From the NCBI GenBank assembly GCA_963693365.1, contig CAVNZM010000001.1, forward strand, positions 5,100,907 to 5,164,906: a stretch of 64,000 nt of DNA, given 5' to 3'. The translations under genes were made by a program, and so were the position numbers. Of the stretch, positions 37,242 to 64,000 are shown one piece after another. The notes beneath the pieces are model-generated. The model worked only from the letters and a program-made list of their open reading frames with translations, was not told the origin of the DNA and made no database searches. Position 1 is the stretch's first letter. Each line of letters begins with the position of its first letter. This DNA is from Amoebidium appalachense (Eukaryota > Protista > Ichthyosporea).

Positions 37242-38648
37242 ACATGTACACCATGCTTCGATATTTATGTTTTTTAGGCCCCGTACGTACCAAACGGCAG
37301 GTACATCAGGCACGTGTATGCGTAAGGATACTTTTCAAATAAATCGATAGTCCTTTGCCACAAGATTATATATATGTTAACACATCTTTTTTTTCTCCTT
37401 TTCCATATAAGCAAGCGCATTTCCGTCATTCTTAAACCACAGAAAGCGGTGTAGAATTTTTTTGATTTTTTAGAATCACCGATCTAGCTTGCTTGCTTTT
37501 GCAAGCGTGACTTTTTGACTCTTTTTTTTGTGCCTTTTGTACCAAGCGTGCCACTATCTAGCAAGCCCCTCTTTGTTCTTGCCATTCTGAGCATGCATAT
37601 GGGGAAGGTGAAATGCCAGCAGTCCAACTATCTGAAATTTAAATAAATACATATCAACAGCCAGCGTTCTGTTCTGGTTCGTGCAGGTGACCATGGATGC
37701 TGTTGGTGTGTGTTGGGGACAGCACGTGTTTGGAGTTCCACCACGCATGCGCATGGACGAGTGGATGGGACGGTTCTATGTTTGGGCCATGTGTGCACTT
37801 GTGTACATGCATATGTGTGCACGTCAATATATGCGCGTGCACACATATGCATGTACACGTGTGTGTGTTGGAGGGGTGCACGTGGCGGTGGTTGTTGTGG
37901 TTCGATTCAATGAATGCATCCATGCCTGTGTGTGTACGTGTGTTTGGGGGGGGGGGGGCACTTATACGGGCCAGTTAAGCTGATCGAATGTCATTGTGCA
38001 CGTGTGCAATGAACAATGGTTTATTGACAGGCACGGAGGACAACATAGATGCACACCACGATAAGCTCATGTAAAAATCTAAGTGTAGGAGTCACTTGGG
38101 CCTGATATCTGCCCCCTTTCATTCATTCGGTCCCGACAGGTGTCGTACTTCATCTTCATCAGTCCATCTAGAAACCTCCCCCCCCCCCCCCCCCCCCCCC
38201 TCCCCCCCCCCCCCCCTTCCCAGAACTTGAAAAAAAAAAAAAAAAAAAAAAATAACGGTGCATTCATACTTATACATCACCAACCCAACCGGATCCACCA
38301 ACCAATTTAAACGTCGAAAAAGGGAGGGTGTGGAAGATTATTTGTTTATCCAAAATTCAACAAACATCAACTAATTAAGGTTTCTGTCCGTCAATCAAAC
38401 AGTACCATTCATTCCATCGGACCTAGATCGATATATAGGGGAATGTAAAATCGCAGTCCTTCATGGGCGACTTATGTTACAACTCTTCCTTTTGATATAG
38501 CATACCAAACTCTCATACGTACCAGATATAAGAAAAACCAATCTCTATGATGTACTCAACGTACTCCTTCAGAAAAAACATGCACATTGGGCTCTATTAT
38601 CTAGTCTAGTTATATCCAAAACCCGGCATATCCTAATACCGGTATAGC

Positions 38649-63828
<25,180 letters not shown>

Positions 63829-63956
63829 CTGTGTATGTGCATGCAGTGTGCTCACGTCAGCATTGATTGGGCGTTTCTATCTGAAACTGCCCATCCCCAC
63901 CTTCTCCCTCCCTCCCCCCGGGCTCCCACCCACGCACGTGAACCCCTCCCCCCCCC

Positions 63957-63987
<31 letters not shown>

Positions 63988-64000
63988 ACACACACACACA

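Overview
Eukaryotic genomic DNA whose introns are packed with poly-C/poly-G tracts and (CA)n, (GA)n and (TAA)n microsatellites. Most ORFs in the supplied track are artefacts of these repeats. Manual splicing at GT-AG sites gives five protein genes: a Zwilch homolog (+, 5' end probably outside the window, stop 13118), a DDX55/Spb4 DEAD-box helicase (-, 30823-19035) with a tRNA-Glu(CTC) in one intron, two tandem one-intron bacterial-like HCCA isomerase/kappa-GST genes (+), and the 3' part of ROD/KNTC1 (-, stop 38649, continuing past 64000). Two subunits of the kinetochore RZZ complex therefore lie about 25 kb apart; their presence suggests an opisthokont, possibly a unicellular holozoan (inference only). 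Accessory features are a GC-rich choloylglycine-hydrolase pseudogene folded into an inverted repeat, a short element found only inside poly-G tracts, several MITE-like elements, and many 3' splice sites where (CA)n directly abuts the AG. Family assignments come from motifs recalled from known proteins, not from database searches.
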